From the NCBI GenBank assembly GCA_001949185.1, contig BDGG01000011.1:1474597-1538596 (forward strand): a stretch of 64,000 nucleotides of DNA, in the 5' to 3' direction. The notes beneath the pieces were generated by a model, which had not been told where the DNA came from, ran no database searches, and saw only the letters and a program-made list of their open reading frames with translations. Below are positions 24,701 through 38,000 of this stretch, piece by piece. Position 1 is the stretch's first letter. Every line of letters starts with the position of its first letter. The translations under genes and the position numbers were made by a program. Origin of the DNA: Ramazzottius varieornatus. Lineage: Eukaryota; Animalia; Tardigrada.

Positions 24701-27700
24701 GATGCCAAGCGGTTGTCTGTTATCTGCCAACCGCTTCTGGGTTGATGGTTGGATTTCCTTAATGGGTGTCTGTTCTCTAATTTAGCACAAGCGTCTTCCC
24801 CCGGGACTGGAGACGATGGAAGTGCGGACGCCGCTGAATGCCGATGAGAGTATGCGTGAGCGGGAAGCCAGTGACATCAGCTTGCACAAGAATGGTGTCA
24901 TGTACCTGGAGGACGCCATCAACCACGAATGGGTGCCCTACTACTTTGTCCTCTCTGCCACCAAGCTCTGCTACATGCTCAAACCCGAAGAGAACGAGAA
25001 CACGCCGTCGGAGAGCGAGTCCACCGACAGCGAAATGCCTGTCAAGCCGCGAGGAAGTGACGACCTGCATTATGCGGAGAAGTGGTTCCATGGGAAACTT
25101 ATTAATGGACGCAAGAGGGCTGAAGAACTCTTGACGCAGTATGAAAATTTGGGCGATGGCACTTTCTTGGTCAGGGAGAGCGATACCTTCGTTGGAGATT
25201 ACAGTTTGTCCTTCCTGTACGTCAGATAAAAATTGAAAGAATTTAAGGTTTGGAAGCTTGGCAAATTAACTTGTCAAGATTATTTTTTCCAGAGTGACGC
25301 AGGTTCGGCGTTTGACTGCCTCAAGACGTGCGCCACTTGAGAAAACTGCCTCTTTGTTTTCTCAGGTGCGCAGGTTCAGAGTGTTATACTGATATTTGCT
25401 GCAAACGTGCGCCACTTTGGAAAACGATCCTGTTAAGTTGTTCTTCGAGCTTTCGATTATCCTTCATTTTGCGAACTTATTCTCTTTTTGGATTTAGAAA
25501 CTATTGTTATGCGTAGATAGAAATTTTATGTGAAAACGCTGAATAAGAATAATAACGGGTTTTTGAAAATATCTCTAGAATTTTGTTTTCGGATTGTTCT
25601 TAAAAGGAGTACGTGCACTTTTTTCGGGGCTTTGTTCTCGATTGCTTGCGGGGTTTTTTCCGCTGATTTATCTGGGTTTTTGTAGGAGAGCGGGAGTCGT
25701 GCATCACGTTCGCATCCATTCCAAAGCCGACGAAAACTACAAGCACAAGTTCTACCTGGTGGAGCGGAAGATGTTTGATAACCTGTACGACCTCATCACC
25801 TACTACCGAAGCGCCCCTCTCCGCAGCGCCAAGTTCGAAATCATCCTGAAAGAACCTGTACCTCAACCTGAAGCCCATAAAGACAAAGAGTAAGTCACCT
25901 ACAAAATATTACTCAAGTGCAAATCATAATTATTTAGAAATACTCTCCAGAAAACAACAAACAACTATTTAAGAACAAACGGGGCAGAAATGTTGGAGCA
26001 TAATTTTTCAACGATGTTTTTTTCTAGATGGTTCCACGAGAATTTGTCAAGGACCGATGCGGAGGATATGCTGAGAAAAGTCAACCAAGATGGCGCTTTT
26101 CTGGTGAGGGAAAGTGGGACGAAGGAAGGGGAATTCGTCATTTCTTTCCGGTAAATCATATTTCCTCGGTTATGAATTCAGTGAATATTTTGTAAATCAT
26201 TCTGGGTGGCTTTGTACAGAGGAGAGTCGCAGATCAAGCATTGTCGGATATCCCGTGACGGGCGGCTCTTCGTCTTGAGCTCGGCCTTGTTTGAGACACT
26301 GGTCGACCTGATCGACTACTACGAGAAGACTCCCCTCTACCGTAAAGTCAAACTGAAACGCCCGGTGACGACTGCGCTCATCAAGGAAATCGGCTCCTCC
26401 TTCCAGGATGATGACATGGCCGATGGAGCCACTGAATACATGAACCTCTCCGTAAGTGAAAGATACCCCTTTAGCACAAGTACCTTCAGAACTGGCGAAA
26501 TGAATTTTTGGACGTTGTTTTTTCATGTGGTTTTCTTCTATCTGCAGAAAACGGTCCGCGCCTTGTACGACTACAAAGCCCATCTGCCGGACGAACTGAC
26601 CTTCCTGAAAGGAGCAATCATCACCAACGTTCTTCAACAAGATGGAGGATGGTACGTTATTTCTTGACATATTGTTGATATTTCTTTCGAGAAATTGGAA
26701 TCATTTTTTTAAAATTGTTTCTTGTCTCCTACACACAAAGCAAAATTCTTAGGTACTAATAAAATTCAGAGTCCGACAAGCGAGACATGCCGTACCAAAT
26801 TGTTGTTTTGGGTGGCGCACGTTTTTAGCTGGAAACACTGAAAAGCTGTGCCATTTGGAAAACTCGACAAGTTTGTTTTTCCAAGTGACGCACTGGTCGG
26901 GCCAGTAACTTTATCAACATGCGTCACGTGATATGGCCATCTTGTGCGTTTCGTTGGTCTGTAGTATTGTACTCCTTGTGGTGACCGAAAATGGCGGTTG
27001 CGATAGGTGGCGGGGTGATTGTAACGGGAAGAAGGAAGGTTGGTTCCCGGCCAACTACGTGGAAGACTGCCAGTCCAACGACAGCCGGCGCAACTCGATC
27101 AGCAACGAGAGCGCTCTCTTCGGTGCTGAACAGCTGGGCTCCTTTGAGTTGGTGGGCTGTTCAGTGCAACAAGTCCCTTCCACCTTCAACAACCTGGCCA
27201 CCTTCCGCATCCAGACCATGACGTCGCCCAACCCGGTGGAGATTGCCTGCGATAGCGAGGAAGAAATGAAGAGCTGGATGGAAGCTATACGGGAGTGTGT
27301 TCGCGTCACTGACGAATTCGTAAGCATATTCTCTGCCAGTGTGCATTTCTATACTTCAGTTCTATATCGGTTTATATAGTCGAAGAAGGAGGACATGTAC
27401 GAAAGAACGGAGAACTGCGCAAAAGAACTGTCAAAGCTCATTGTCTACTGCATTTCCGGCACGCCTTTCAGACCGACAGGTACTGCAAATGAGCAAATAG
27501 TCGGTCATTCAACGAACTAAAATCTGCCTGTCGAACAAGTTGGAATTTCGTTGTTGTGACATCGTGGGAATTTTGGCGAGTCGTTGGAAATGCTCCAGCC
27601 TCTTGCGTACATGCATACAGTCAACAGCCCATTCCATGTGGGGTGTCGTGTGCGGGTATGTGAGGGATCTGGGGTTTGCTTTTGTGTGAACCTGCATACT

Positions 27701-30126
27701 CTGATATCGCAGTCTAAGATACGATGAAGTATGCAGGGGTATAACCGGTCGAAGCTTCTGCCTTCCGCCTTCTCTTTTGGTGTGTGCAGGGGCTGAAAAT
27801 GCATTGTCTTTGTTGTTTGACAGCACCGGACTTGGACTTCCACAAGATGTCGTCCTTCTCTGAGTTGAAAGTGGAGAAGTGGGTGAATCGAGACCTTGAT
27901 CACTACAAGACCTTTCTCAAGTAAGGTTTTCGAACGTAGTGATGCATGAGAAAAGACTTTGCGCGATGTGATCCGGTATGATTGATGGGCAGTTGTCTTT
28001 GGCATTTGATGTGGTCTTTGCAGATACAATCAGACGTGCTTCAGTCGCATCTATCCCATGGGGAAGCGCGTCAACTCGTCCAATTACGACCCTTTCCGCA
28101 TGTGGAATTGCGGCAGTCAGATGGTAGCCTTGAACTACCAAACACCCGGTACGTTTCGCCCGCCGTAATATTGATGAAAACCGGAGATTGGCACACAAGC
28201 TTGTTTTGAAAGTGGCGCACGCCTTCAGCCAATAATACTAGAACCATGCGCCGCTTGGGAAAACAATCTTGTCGAGCTTGTTTGCCGGGTGACCAAGCAG
28301 TAGCCTTCAGGCGCAAAATACAGTATTAGGTCACCAAACTTAGAATAGGGAATATTAAATTCGAAATATTGTGGAACATACGACGCGACTGAATATTTCT
28401 CGCCATGAAGCTAGTGGTATTAAACTAGTTCGGTAATTTTTCTATGGTCAATTTTTAAAACTGGTTTTCAGATGCACCCATGCATTTCAACCAAGGGAGG
28501 TTTCTCCAGAACGGCCAGTGCGGATATGTCCTTCAGCCGGCTTTCATGCGAGCGGAAGGATATGATCCATATGACGCGACGACTCTGAAAGGCGTAGTCA
28601 AGCCCATCCTTCTTTCCATCACCGTACGTAGTAACTTCCTTCTTCAAGTCTGCTTCAACCAGCATGTTCGGCCTTACTTTCTCCATTCAAGAATATACTA
28701 CACTAAATATACTACACTATTAATACGATTGAACGTTGTTGTTCCTTCAAGATTATTGCCGGCCGGCACTTCGTCAAACCGGGCAAAGGCATCGCTTCGC
28801 CCTTCGTTGAAGTGGAAGTGGCCGGCGCAGAGTACGACTGCAACAAGTACAAGACGGAAACTGTCCGTAAGTCTCTTTAGATATCACTCTGTGGAAACTC
28901 TAGTGATTTTCGGCTGCTGACAAATCTGTGAGATGGCAAACGAAACGTGCAAGTTGCTTTTACCAAGTGGTGCACTCCTCCGTTATTGCAGGCTGGAAGT
29001 ATGCGCCAGCATTTTGTCGACTCTGTTGGTTCATTTCAAGTGGCGCACGCAGTCGGTATAATTGGCTTTAGGGGTGCGCCATTTGTGATGATGGTCTTTC
29101 TCATTTTCATTGTTGGCCCTCGTCTGATTATGCTTGGGTCTTTATATAGAGGAGAACGGGTTTAATCCCGTATGGAACGAAACCTGCGATTTCGACATCC
29201 ACAACCCCGACTTGGCTCTACTGCGCTTCACCGTCCACGACATCGACATCTTCGGCGATCCCAACTTTTTGGGCCAAGCCACCTACCCTGTCAAGTGTAT
29301 CCGGGAAGGTTTCCGGTCGGTACCGTTGAAGAACGGCTACAGTGAAGACCTGGAACTGGCAGCCTTGCTGGTCAAAGTCACGGTCAAGGAAATCAAGGTA
29401 TGCATGTCATTTTGAATTCAGTACGTCGACAGAGACAAAAATAAAAAAAGCACTTGAACATTAACAAGATGAAACTCAATAGCTTTGCAGATATTTTTTA
29501 AAATGAAGATGAATTTCAAGAAACTATTGTTTTTCTTGCAGAATGAAGACTCTGAACTTTACCAAGATATCCAAGAGCTTCGACATAAGTCCCGTGAATT
29601 GTCACGGCAAATTGAGGAAGCCGAGCAGATGGGTGAACGAAGAGTCGTTCCAGAGTTAACTGGGAAGCTTCAGGAAGCCCAAGAGCTGCTTTTGAAGAAG
29701 AACTACGAAAGGCAAGCCCGACCGTAAGCTCTTTTGGTCTCTGTTTGAAAAATCGTGGAATAACTCTACGGTTTTAACCTCTCAAGTGGCGCACGTTTGC
29801 GGTGTTGTTGGCTGGAAGCGTGCGCCAGCTGGGAAACACGGCACCCTTATCTTGTCAAACGGCGCAGCTTATCGGTACTAACAACTGTGGACGTGCGCTA
29901 CTTGGAAAGTTTGAAAGTTTCTCAAGTGGCGCAATTTGTAGTGTTATTAACTGCAAGTGTGCGCCGCTTGAGCTGGTCGAGTTTGTGTGCTTAACTTCCC
30001 TTTGATGGTATGTGCCGTAGGAATATGGCGGCGGCGCAAACGGCTAGTCAGAAAGCGAAGCGACCGGTTAAAAAAGTGACGAGTGGCAGCAGCATTGCTT
30101 CGTTCACCAACGGCATGAAGATGTAA
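21799..30126 (+). CDS. PLCG: Phospholipase C-gamma (PH, EF, X-box, SH2-SH2-SH3, split PH, Y-box, C2)
   Basis: PH exon (21799-21953), X-box [13 protein letters not shown]...CIE.DTWDG...[13 protein letters not shown]2 WFHG...FLVRES twice, SH3 VRALYDY...WWRG...GWFPANYV, Y-box [16 protein letters not shown]...VALNYQT, C2 NGFNPVWNE...GFRSVPLKN. Last exon 30021-30126. Confidence 0.96.
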
Positions 30127-30773
30127 AGTGCGCAAGACAGTGACAATAATTTTTACCAACCTTACAGAATGGTATTGATTTTCTCTTCCTCGTTTATTCC
30201 AGTGGCAACAGTTTCTATTCGCTATTTTATCCGTGGTTTTTACGGTACAGTAACCCTTTGTGTTTTACTAAGATGTCTCGATACACGTTTTACCTCTGCA
30301 TATGTCTGCACGAGTTCCGTTTTGGTTTTACCTTTTATGCAGATCATGTTGAGATCAATCACAATGGAACAAATTATTGTAATGAGCATTTTTGTTTGAT
30401 TATCCGCTGCAGAATGGGATTAGCAGCAAGCTTAGGCTAGAGATCGGTCTGAGATCGCTTTATCAGCTTTGAAGTACTACGAGAGACTCTTGTGAGTTGC
30501 ATTATTCCTGAGTCTTTTTCGATGGTGGCGTCTTCGCACTCGTCTAGCCCGACTTTGCTGGCTTGAAGGACTATCCGGTTCTGGCCAAACCATTCTCCAT
30601 GCTTGTTCAAGCTCCTGCGAAGATATCCAATATCAGAAAGCTCGTAGCACAGTGGTAACGTCCTCTTCGTTCATATACACATTCGAAACTGTAATCGACG
30701 TCGGCGTTGCTTTCCCTCTCACACAAAATGGACACAAGCAATAATAACGAGGAATATGTTGTGATATTTTTGC

Positions 30774-32321
30774 TCAGGGTTTCCAGCTCACGTTGTTTTT
30801 GACGGCGGCTTTGAATAACTGCCAGCGATCTTTGGTGTATTTGCCTTTCCTCAACTTGTGCAACTCCTCCTCGCTGAGACACCTTCTGGTGACACATGGA
30901 TCCCTCGTAACAAGCGGAATAGGTGGGCGTGTTACATGTGGACGACGAGTCGTTGTCCTTGTCCGCTTCCGCCCGTTTGTTTCTTTGTTATTTGGGTCCC
31001 CGCTGGCTCGATGATCGGGGCACTTGTACAGTAGATTGATCTTTCTGGCGTCCAAGTCCGACATTTTCTCTCGATTGCCTAACTTGACGGCGGCCTGTCC
31101 ACTTCGTCTCTTTCGCGGGACGATGGTCGGCAGATGGGCGGCTCGTGAGAAATAATTGTGACCGTAATGCATGATACTTTCATAGTCGTAAGGTAAACCG
31201 AACGTCTTGGATTCGTACTTTTCAAACTGGGAACTCATATCGTAATCTGCAACGGCAAACAAGCTCGACTACATTATTTTCCTAGGCAGCGAATATTTGC
31301 GGTGCAATACACTGGAAGAGTGCGCCACTTGGGGAAATCAATCTTGTCGAGGGTGATTGTTCTTCGAAGTGGCGCACGTAATTGGCGTGATTGGTTAGAA
31401 GTGTGCGCCAGTTGAGGAAAGACAGTATTGCCAAACTGGCTTCCACTACAACGGCCGGTTTGACGGTTAGATATTCTTACCGTGGCCCCGAAGAATGTTG
31501 TCCCAGATGATGTGAACATACTCGTCGCGGTCCATGCGACTTTGTTCATGGTACAAGCCCAGTGCGTGAAGCAGTTCGTGCTGCACCTCGCCCATCAGCT
31601 TCAAACAGCCAGAAGCCAGAGTGAGTTCTTGTTCGCCGATGTCCATCCGTCCCACGAACGAACTACAGACCCTTCCTTCTTTAACGATCCTCACCACGTC
31701 TTTGTGGTAGACGTAGCGAGAAGACGTGGGATACTCGATGAACCGGACACAGGTTCGCTGTTCGATATCGGACATGGCGGACTGAATCAGCTCTCTTTCC
31801 GGCCAGTCTGCAGTACAAAATAAAGGTCCAGAGTACATCATATTCTTTAATATAGAAGAACGGAATTTGTTCTTACCGAAGTAACTGTCAATGGTATACG
31901 GAATGATTCCACGAGGCCAGATCTGCGTTTCGTGAGGAACCGCGTTGAAGAACCGTTGTCCCTGAAGCGGATTGTCATTATAGATTACGGGCTGACAGAC
32001 AGAAGATGTCAGTCAACCTCTTCTTACATGATGATGGGTGTAGACAGGAACATATTGGATGATATCTCCTTCCAATAAGACATCTCGGTGGACAGGGGTG
32101 TTCTCTCGGGAAGGGTGCGAGGTCTCCGGTTGCGTTTGCTTGAAATGCCTTACGGAATACTTGAATGAGTCGTCGGCAATCAGGCGCCTCCAGTCGACAG
32201 GATGAGTTGCCGTTTGTCTGCGAGCTTTTAGAGGTCGTTCAGCAGACGTCCTTGCGGAGAGCAGGTAAAAGGCTAGAGGAAGCAACCGGCTGAGGGGCCT
32301 CAAACAACAGAACAGTGTCAT
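30774..32321 (-). CDS. Secreted astacin-family zinc metalloprotease
   Basis: Signal peptide, pro-region LEGDI, RNAV...WPRGIIPY, zinc motif HELLHALGLYHEQSRMDRD, Met-turn SIMHY, INLLYKC. Exons ~32321-32054, ~31962-31878, ~31809-31481, ~31247-30774. Confidence 0.93.
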
Positions 32322-32707
32322 GTTTGATCAACCCCAAGAAGTTTTGGTTGGAAATTGGGAAAAGCAGGGTCGCTAAACAATGGATAACGGAGCTGGAATG
32401 GTGGCTCCTGAGATGAAGAATGCATACGAAGGGTTGCTGACAGTGGCCTCGGTTTCTCGGTTGTTCTCATCGATCGCGTGGTGTATGCTGTATACTCGCT
32501 CGAAGAACTGTATGATGTGCGCTAAGACTCACTCTTGTCTTAGTCATTCTATCGTAAGAGTCATGGCAAGAGAACAAAGCCCAACTTTTCTAACGGGCAT
32601 ATACATCTGTACTTTACTGGAACAAATTTTGCAGGTAGTGTCCCTGTGTTTAGCTTGTTGTTGCTGATTGGTTAAGAGTCTCAGTCTGTCCAGAAAACTG
32701 TCTGCTA

Positions 32708-34854
32708 AGGTCGGGATCAAAACAGGCAGGGGAGCACTCTCGTACAGAGAAATTTCTGAGCCGCTGCCCAGATCCCTTCCTAGAGAAAATCTTGAGCGAT
32801 CTTCCGACTTCGGAAATCGTTTTGCATGTTTTGATTGACAGGATTTGCTCTTGGTCATCCCGCCATCGGGGACATTTTTCTTGATTGTCCACACGCTACA
32901 GACCAACCCGCCCACCGTGGACTTTGGACTCTGACGTCAGCAGGCAAAAAATTAAATCTGTTGCGTGCGTGAAATGTAAAAGGTACCGGCACAGACGATA
33001 TTCTTATCGGCCTTCTGGCATCTGACCTTCATGCTGCACGTTGGAAAACGACAGAGTCGAGACAACTTCTTTGTTGTCTTCTCCCATCACAGCTGGAAAG
33101 TATGAAGAGTCAGCCAGGAAAAAACTGGAGAGATAAGAGCTTCCATCAAACACAAGCAAAAACCGTCTCCTCAGTTTTCAAATGCACCACAGTATTCTAC
33201 AATAGCGGATACCGTAGTCTGACAAAACTAACAGGAAGCTGAGAGATGTCTTCCAGTTCTTCTCTGTACCCCGTGGATGTGAGGCATATTGCTCATTTAT
33301 GGAAAGTGCTGGGTCAGTCGTTTTTTGGGTCGAATAAATGTACTCTGACCACTCTGGCAGGTCGCCGTAAGGCAATCGCGCATCTGTGCCAGCGAAGTCC
33401 ATGCACCATCCAGAACATCACTACGAACTGGGATTTGATAACTGGTCCACCGAGCGAAACTGCAGTCGAGAGCAACACCGTTCCGGAAGATGACGTAAAT
33501 GAAACCTTGGACCCGGTTGTCGAGGCGGAAGAAATGGAGGGTGTCGCGGGCGTCGTTCGGCACTTGTTGAAGGAGTCGGAATAAGGAAAAATTCGTGCGA
33601 TCATTCACCGGGAGTACAAGAGTAAGATACATATCACGGTGGAATCTCTACTGCCATTGGTGGAGGAGGAAGTCGGTGTTAAGGTGACGAAATCCACGAT
33701 GTATCGTGTGTTACGTCGAATGGGCTTCCGATATCGGAATCGGTCCACTAAATACCTGTTTGGTGACCCAAGCCTCAAAGTCAGGCGTATCCGTTACATC
33801 CGAGCGGTTCGTCGGTTTCGACAGAAGAATGCCCTGATTGCCTTCCTGGATGAGACTTGGTTAAACGAGAACTACCAGTTTCGCAAGAGTTGGATCGAAC
33901 TCGACAAAGGAAAATCCACCGGCACAGCCGAAATCCTGTGCAAGGACTGCGGACAGTCGCATCCAAGTGGATCGGGAAAGCGTCTGGTCATCTTCGACGT
34001 GGTGACGGATAGGGGATTCGTTCCCGGATGTGGACTTATCTGGGAAGCCTCAAAGCACACTGGGGACTACCACGAGAATTTCAACTACCAAAACTACGAG
34101 AAGTAAGCCAGTCTGTCAAATCAATCAATCAAACACTGTATGATCTGTTTTGATGATCTTTTCATTCGGAAGAGATTTGCTCGTTGCACCAGGTCAATCA
34201 GGTGGCTTGATTTTGAGAAAAGTAAAAAACAGTGGGTCAAAATTGAGTTTTTTGAGTTTATCTCGCAAACCATTGGTTGGATCTTTCCGGTCCGAGCAGA
34301 CAAAATGAAGATGTTAACTGGGTCTTTCTGATTGTGGAAGAATTTGTGATGAAACTCTTACCGTGACAGAATGCCAATGCTTCAAGTTTTCGATGACGTC
34401 ATGATAAATTTTGGCTGTTATGGTTTTAGGTTCATGAAGGAGGTGGTGGTTCCCCGTTTGAAAGAATTTGCTCGGCTCCACGGATATGACACGGTTGTGA
34501 TCGTGCTGGATAACGCAAGTTATCATTCCCGCTTGATGCCACAGTTCAGAAGACCCAAGAGAGTGAAGAAAGAAATCCAGCAGTGGCTGACTGACCATAG
34601 GATCGAGTTCGGTGCGCGGGAACTGGTGGCCGAGCTGTGACAGAAGGTGACGGACTTTCTGAAAAATCACGTGGGCGACAGGTACTACATGGATGACTAT
34701 TTGAAGACCGAAGAAGGCATCGAGACAGTTCGTCTGCCGTCCTACCACTGTGACTTCAACCCGATTGAAAAATGCTGGGCCCGCCGCAATCTGGGGAGCG
34801 GCTCAGAAATTTCTCTGTACGAGAGTGCTCCCCTCCCTGTTGTGATCCCGACCT
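32708..34854 (+). mobile_element. Tc1/IS630-superfamily DNA transposon, DD85E (Sailor-like), decayed
   Basis: ~66-bp TIRs (AGGTCGGGATCA...CCCAGAT at 32708-32773; inverse at 34789-34854) with TA TSD. Transposase FLDETW...VLDNASYH...LPSYHCDFNPIE with 85 residues between the second D and E. Intron 34103-34429. In-frame stops at 33582 and 34638. C-terminus truncated at the right TIR. Confidence 0.9.
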
Positions 34855-36647
34855 TAAGAACATGCCTTTTCTCAGATGGCAACGCACTGGAAACCTTGGC
34901 TTGTATCTGTTTCTGTAATCCAAGATAAGCTCTGGGAGATTCCTCGATCAGGCCATCGTTTCATGGTGGGATAGAGTCAGGCATGGTATTCTCCTAACGA
35001 CATTTTTGACATTTTAGCAGCGCATTCGCCGAAGTACGGCCAGGTATCAAACGCGTCCGACAAAAGCTCCCTCATTACTCCGATCCAGCAACCGTGGTAC
35101 CTGTTTGCGGTCTGCCGCCACACACAAAAAATAGCACCAAGTAGTTACGGTTCCAGAGGCCATATCACTCCTGGGCATCTGATGAATCCGGTAGCGACGT
35201 GTCGTGGATCGAAAGTGGGATTCCAAGTCGGGAATAGTTCACAGATAAAGGGATCGAATGAAAACTCGAAAATTAAAATGAATTATCCCCACCTGCCCTT
35301 ATTTTGCCTGATCAAAATGTCATACTTGATTGTGCCCGTGCAGAACACCGCTCATGGTCACGTGGTTCATTCCGAGCGCTGCGCGGACAAACCGATACGT
35401 GGTTTTGACTGTTTCATTGATTTGGAGAGGGTGGCCTCGGGTCGCTGTTTCTGTTTATTCGATAACTAATTCCATCCCTAGCCTAATTCTATGAAACATG
35501 GTTAAGAAAACAGTCCAGAACTTAAATTATCATTCCTAGCTGTTTGTTTACGATAGAATACCTAATTGGTAGAATCACGAAAATTCAAACATGAACTGCC
35601 ATACAAAATACCGTGCGTTCCAGCTAGGAGCTGAACCAAAATGCCACCAATCAAAAATAACTATCAACTGGAGCACGGTCCATTGGGTAGAAAAGTTATA
35701 CTGCTAGTCGAACAGAACAGAACATTAGGGTTCTCACGCTCGGCTTTCCAACACCGTTTATTGAGAAGCTGACGTCACAAGGCAAAACCGTTGATCGTGC
35801 AAGCACACTCTGGGACGGCCAAACTTTCAAGATAAGCAGCTTTGGAGCTGCTTATCTTGAAAGTTTGGTTCGTTTATCCAGAGAGTATAGATTACATAGA
35901 GGAACCGCTGTGTATACCGTGGAGTAGAGACCTGGGCCGCAGGTCAAAAAGTACGCTGCATCTGCGCTGCGTCTTTTTCTGGTACTCGGCAACTACGCTG
36001 CGCTGCGTAAATCTGGACCGGAGGGACGGTTTCATGGTTTTTACTGGGACACGGACCCTGATTAAACCCAAAATGATGATTTTATTGTTTTCTACTCCAC
36101 TGCTTCTCAAATCCACAAACAATGACAGAAAGAAGAAAACAGGCGGAATTTCAAGAAATCTAGGACCATACTCTACGCAGTTAACAGAGCCCGACGCCGA
36201 AAATCCAACGGAGGAAGCAATATCGCTCAGGGAAACAACAGTGTAAGAGAGATAAACACAACAAAGGTATCCAGGTGATATCCAGACTTGAAGATGGTCC
36301 AGCAACTTCCAGAAAAGAGAAATAGACCTCCTTAGATGAGCCCTGAAACCATAAGACCAGGTGGTAAGGAAACAGTATGGATTCTGGCTATTCAGTATGT
36401 CCTAAACCGTAGAAAATCAAATGATGCATATCCCAAAACGTTATCGTCACAGAGCCATTTGGATACTTTTATGGTTTGTGCTGGTGCGACATCGGCCCAT
36501 CGGGTTCACCTCGCAAAACCCCAGCTTCACTGGGAAGCCGACGGTTGGCGTAGGTTTAGCCACAGAAACATTAGGTAATATTAATGTTGAAAAGGCTTGT
36601 GGCAACAGGGAAGCAGGCTTTCAGATGAGTTTACAATAATACAATTA

Positions 36648-37382
36648 ACGCCCTCCGTGTCAGCGTTGGCCTTCGTTTAGGCGCAAAGCTATGTCGTCCT
36701 CACACATGCCGTTGCGGAGCCAACGTCAACGGGTATGGTCAACACGGTTTGAGCTGCAGGTTTAGTGACGGTCGTTATAGCCGACATAGCGCGCTAAACT
36801 AGTCGCTCAAACGTTCCCTGACATCAGCCCAGATACCGGCCATCCTCGAACCACCAGGGATCTTCCGGAAGGACAAGAGACGGCCAGACGGCATGACGCA
36901 AGTCCCATGGAAGAACGGTAAGGAGCTCGTCTGGGACGTCACAGGGGTTAACACCCTGGCCCTGACCAACTTCGCCATGTCAACGGTCAAAGCCGGATCC
37001 GCTGCCGATGCCGCCGAAAAGAGAAAGGTGACGAAGTACCCGGACATCGGCAACCAGTTTCTGTTCTGCCCTGTTGGTCTGGAGACCCTCGGACCACGGG
37101 AGCCCTGCGCGACGGAGATGTTTGAGTCGGTCGGAAGACAGATTGTAGAGGTGACGGGAGAATCTAGAGCTTTTTCTTTTTTTAAACAGAGAGTGTCGAT
37201 AGATATTCAAGCGTGGAAATTCCTATTCTGTTCTCTCCATCGTAAAGGACACTAAGGGTCTTGATGAGTTGTTTTACGTTTTAGACTTGAAGAAGGGAAA
37301 GTCTGTCCATGTGTAGTTGTTTTTTGTTGTTTCGCTATCTTCTCGCTTTTTGAGAACAGAATATTGTCTTTCCAATAAAGGC
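36648..37382 (+). mobile_element. 3' fragment of CRE-like (RLE-bearing) non-LTR retrotransposon
   Basis: LRVSVGLRLGAKLCRPHTCRCG...HGLSC...RHSALN*...EPPG...RPDGMTQVPWKNGKELVWDVT...AEKRKVTKY...LETLGP: zinc knuckle plus restriction-like endonuclease. Internal stop; AATAAA at ~37374. Confidence 0.8.
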
Positions 37383-37809
37383 TTCGCAACATTAACTGAG
37401 AGGTTATGGTAAGCAGTTTGGTCAAGAATCATAGCTTGATTTTTGTCCGAACTTCCAAGTAGGTCGTTCCTAAGCAGAGCTGCGAGTGATTTATCTCGTT
37501 TAATTCAGCTTGCGAGTTGACAGAGATGATTCGCGATAAAGAGTGTTAAACCGGGTTTCAAGCTGACTATAGCTAAGCTCTGTTTCATCTGCCAATGGGT
37601 GGTACTTTTGACGACCCAGCCATGCATCCACTCACCATTTGTAGAACTAGAACGGCCATAGTTTATGTTCCGGTTCCTGGGTCAGTTTGGCCGTTCCAGG
37701 AAGTTGGGATCGGCTCTTGATCATCCTGCTACGGGGGTAGATCGACTGATAACATCTCTGATCCTGGTTACGTACGACCCTGCACGACATTGCACGCGTG
37801 AATGAGTTT

Positions 37810-38000
37810 CGGGCAGCGAAAAATCGTAGACTCCCTAATCAACGACCATCTGTCAGTCATTCGAGAGTACATCACTTCGAAGGTACACAATCTGGGAATC
37901 AATAGCACGATGGCTTGACCGTGTGTGACATTTGGCAGTCACGTTCGACTGACTGAGAGCTGATCGTTGATCAGGAAGTATACGCGTTTTCGCTCCCCGG
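37810..38000. repeat. Imperfect ~190-bp foldback
   Basis: CGGGCAGCGAAAAATCGTAGACTCCCTAATCAACGACCATCTGTCAGTCATTCGA is mirrored by the reverse complement of 37944-37999. Confidence 0.55.

Noticed and set aside
29780-29980. Tandem palindrome units with variable spacers resembling a CRISPR array
   Set aside because: Eukaryotic intron, only 2-3 units, spacers related to each other, no cas genes.
35000-36600. Several 70-137 aa ORFs
   Set aside because: No motifs, consistent splice chain or compositional signal of real coding sequence.
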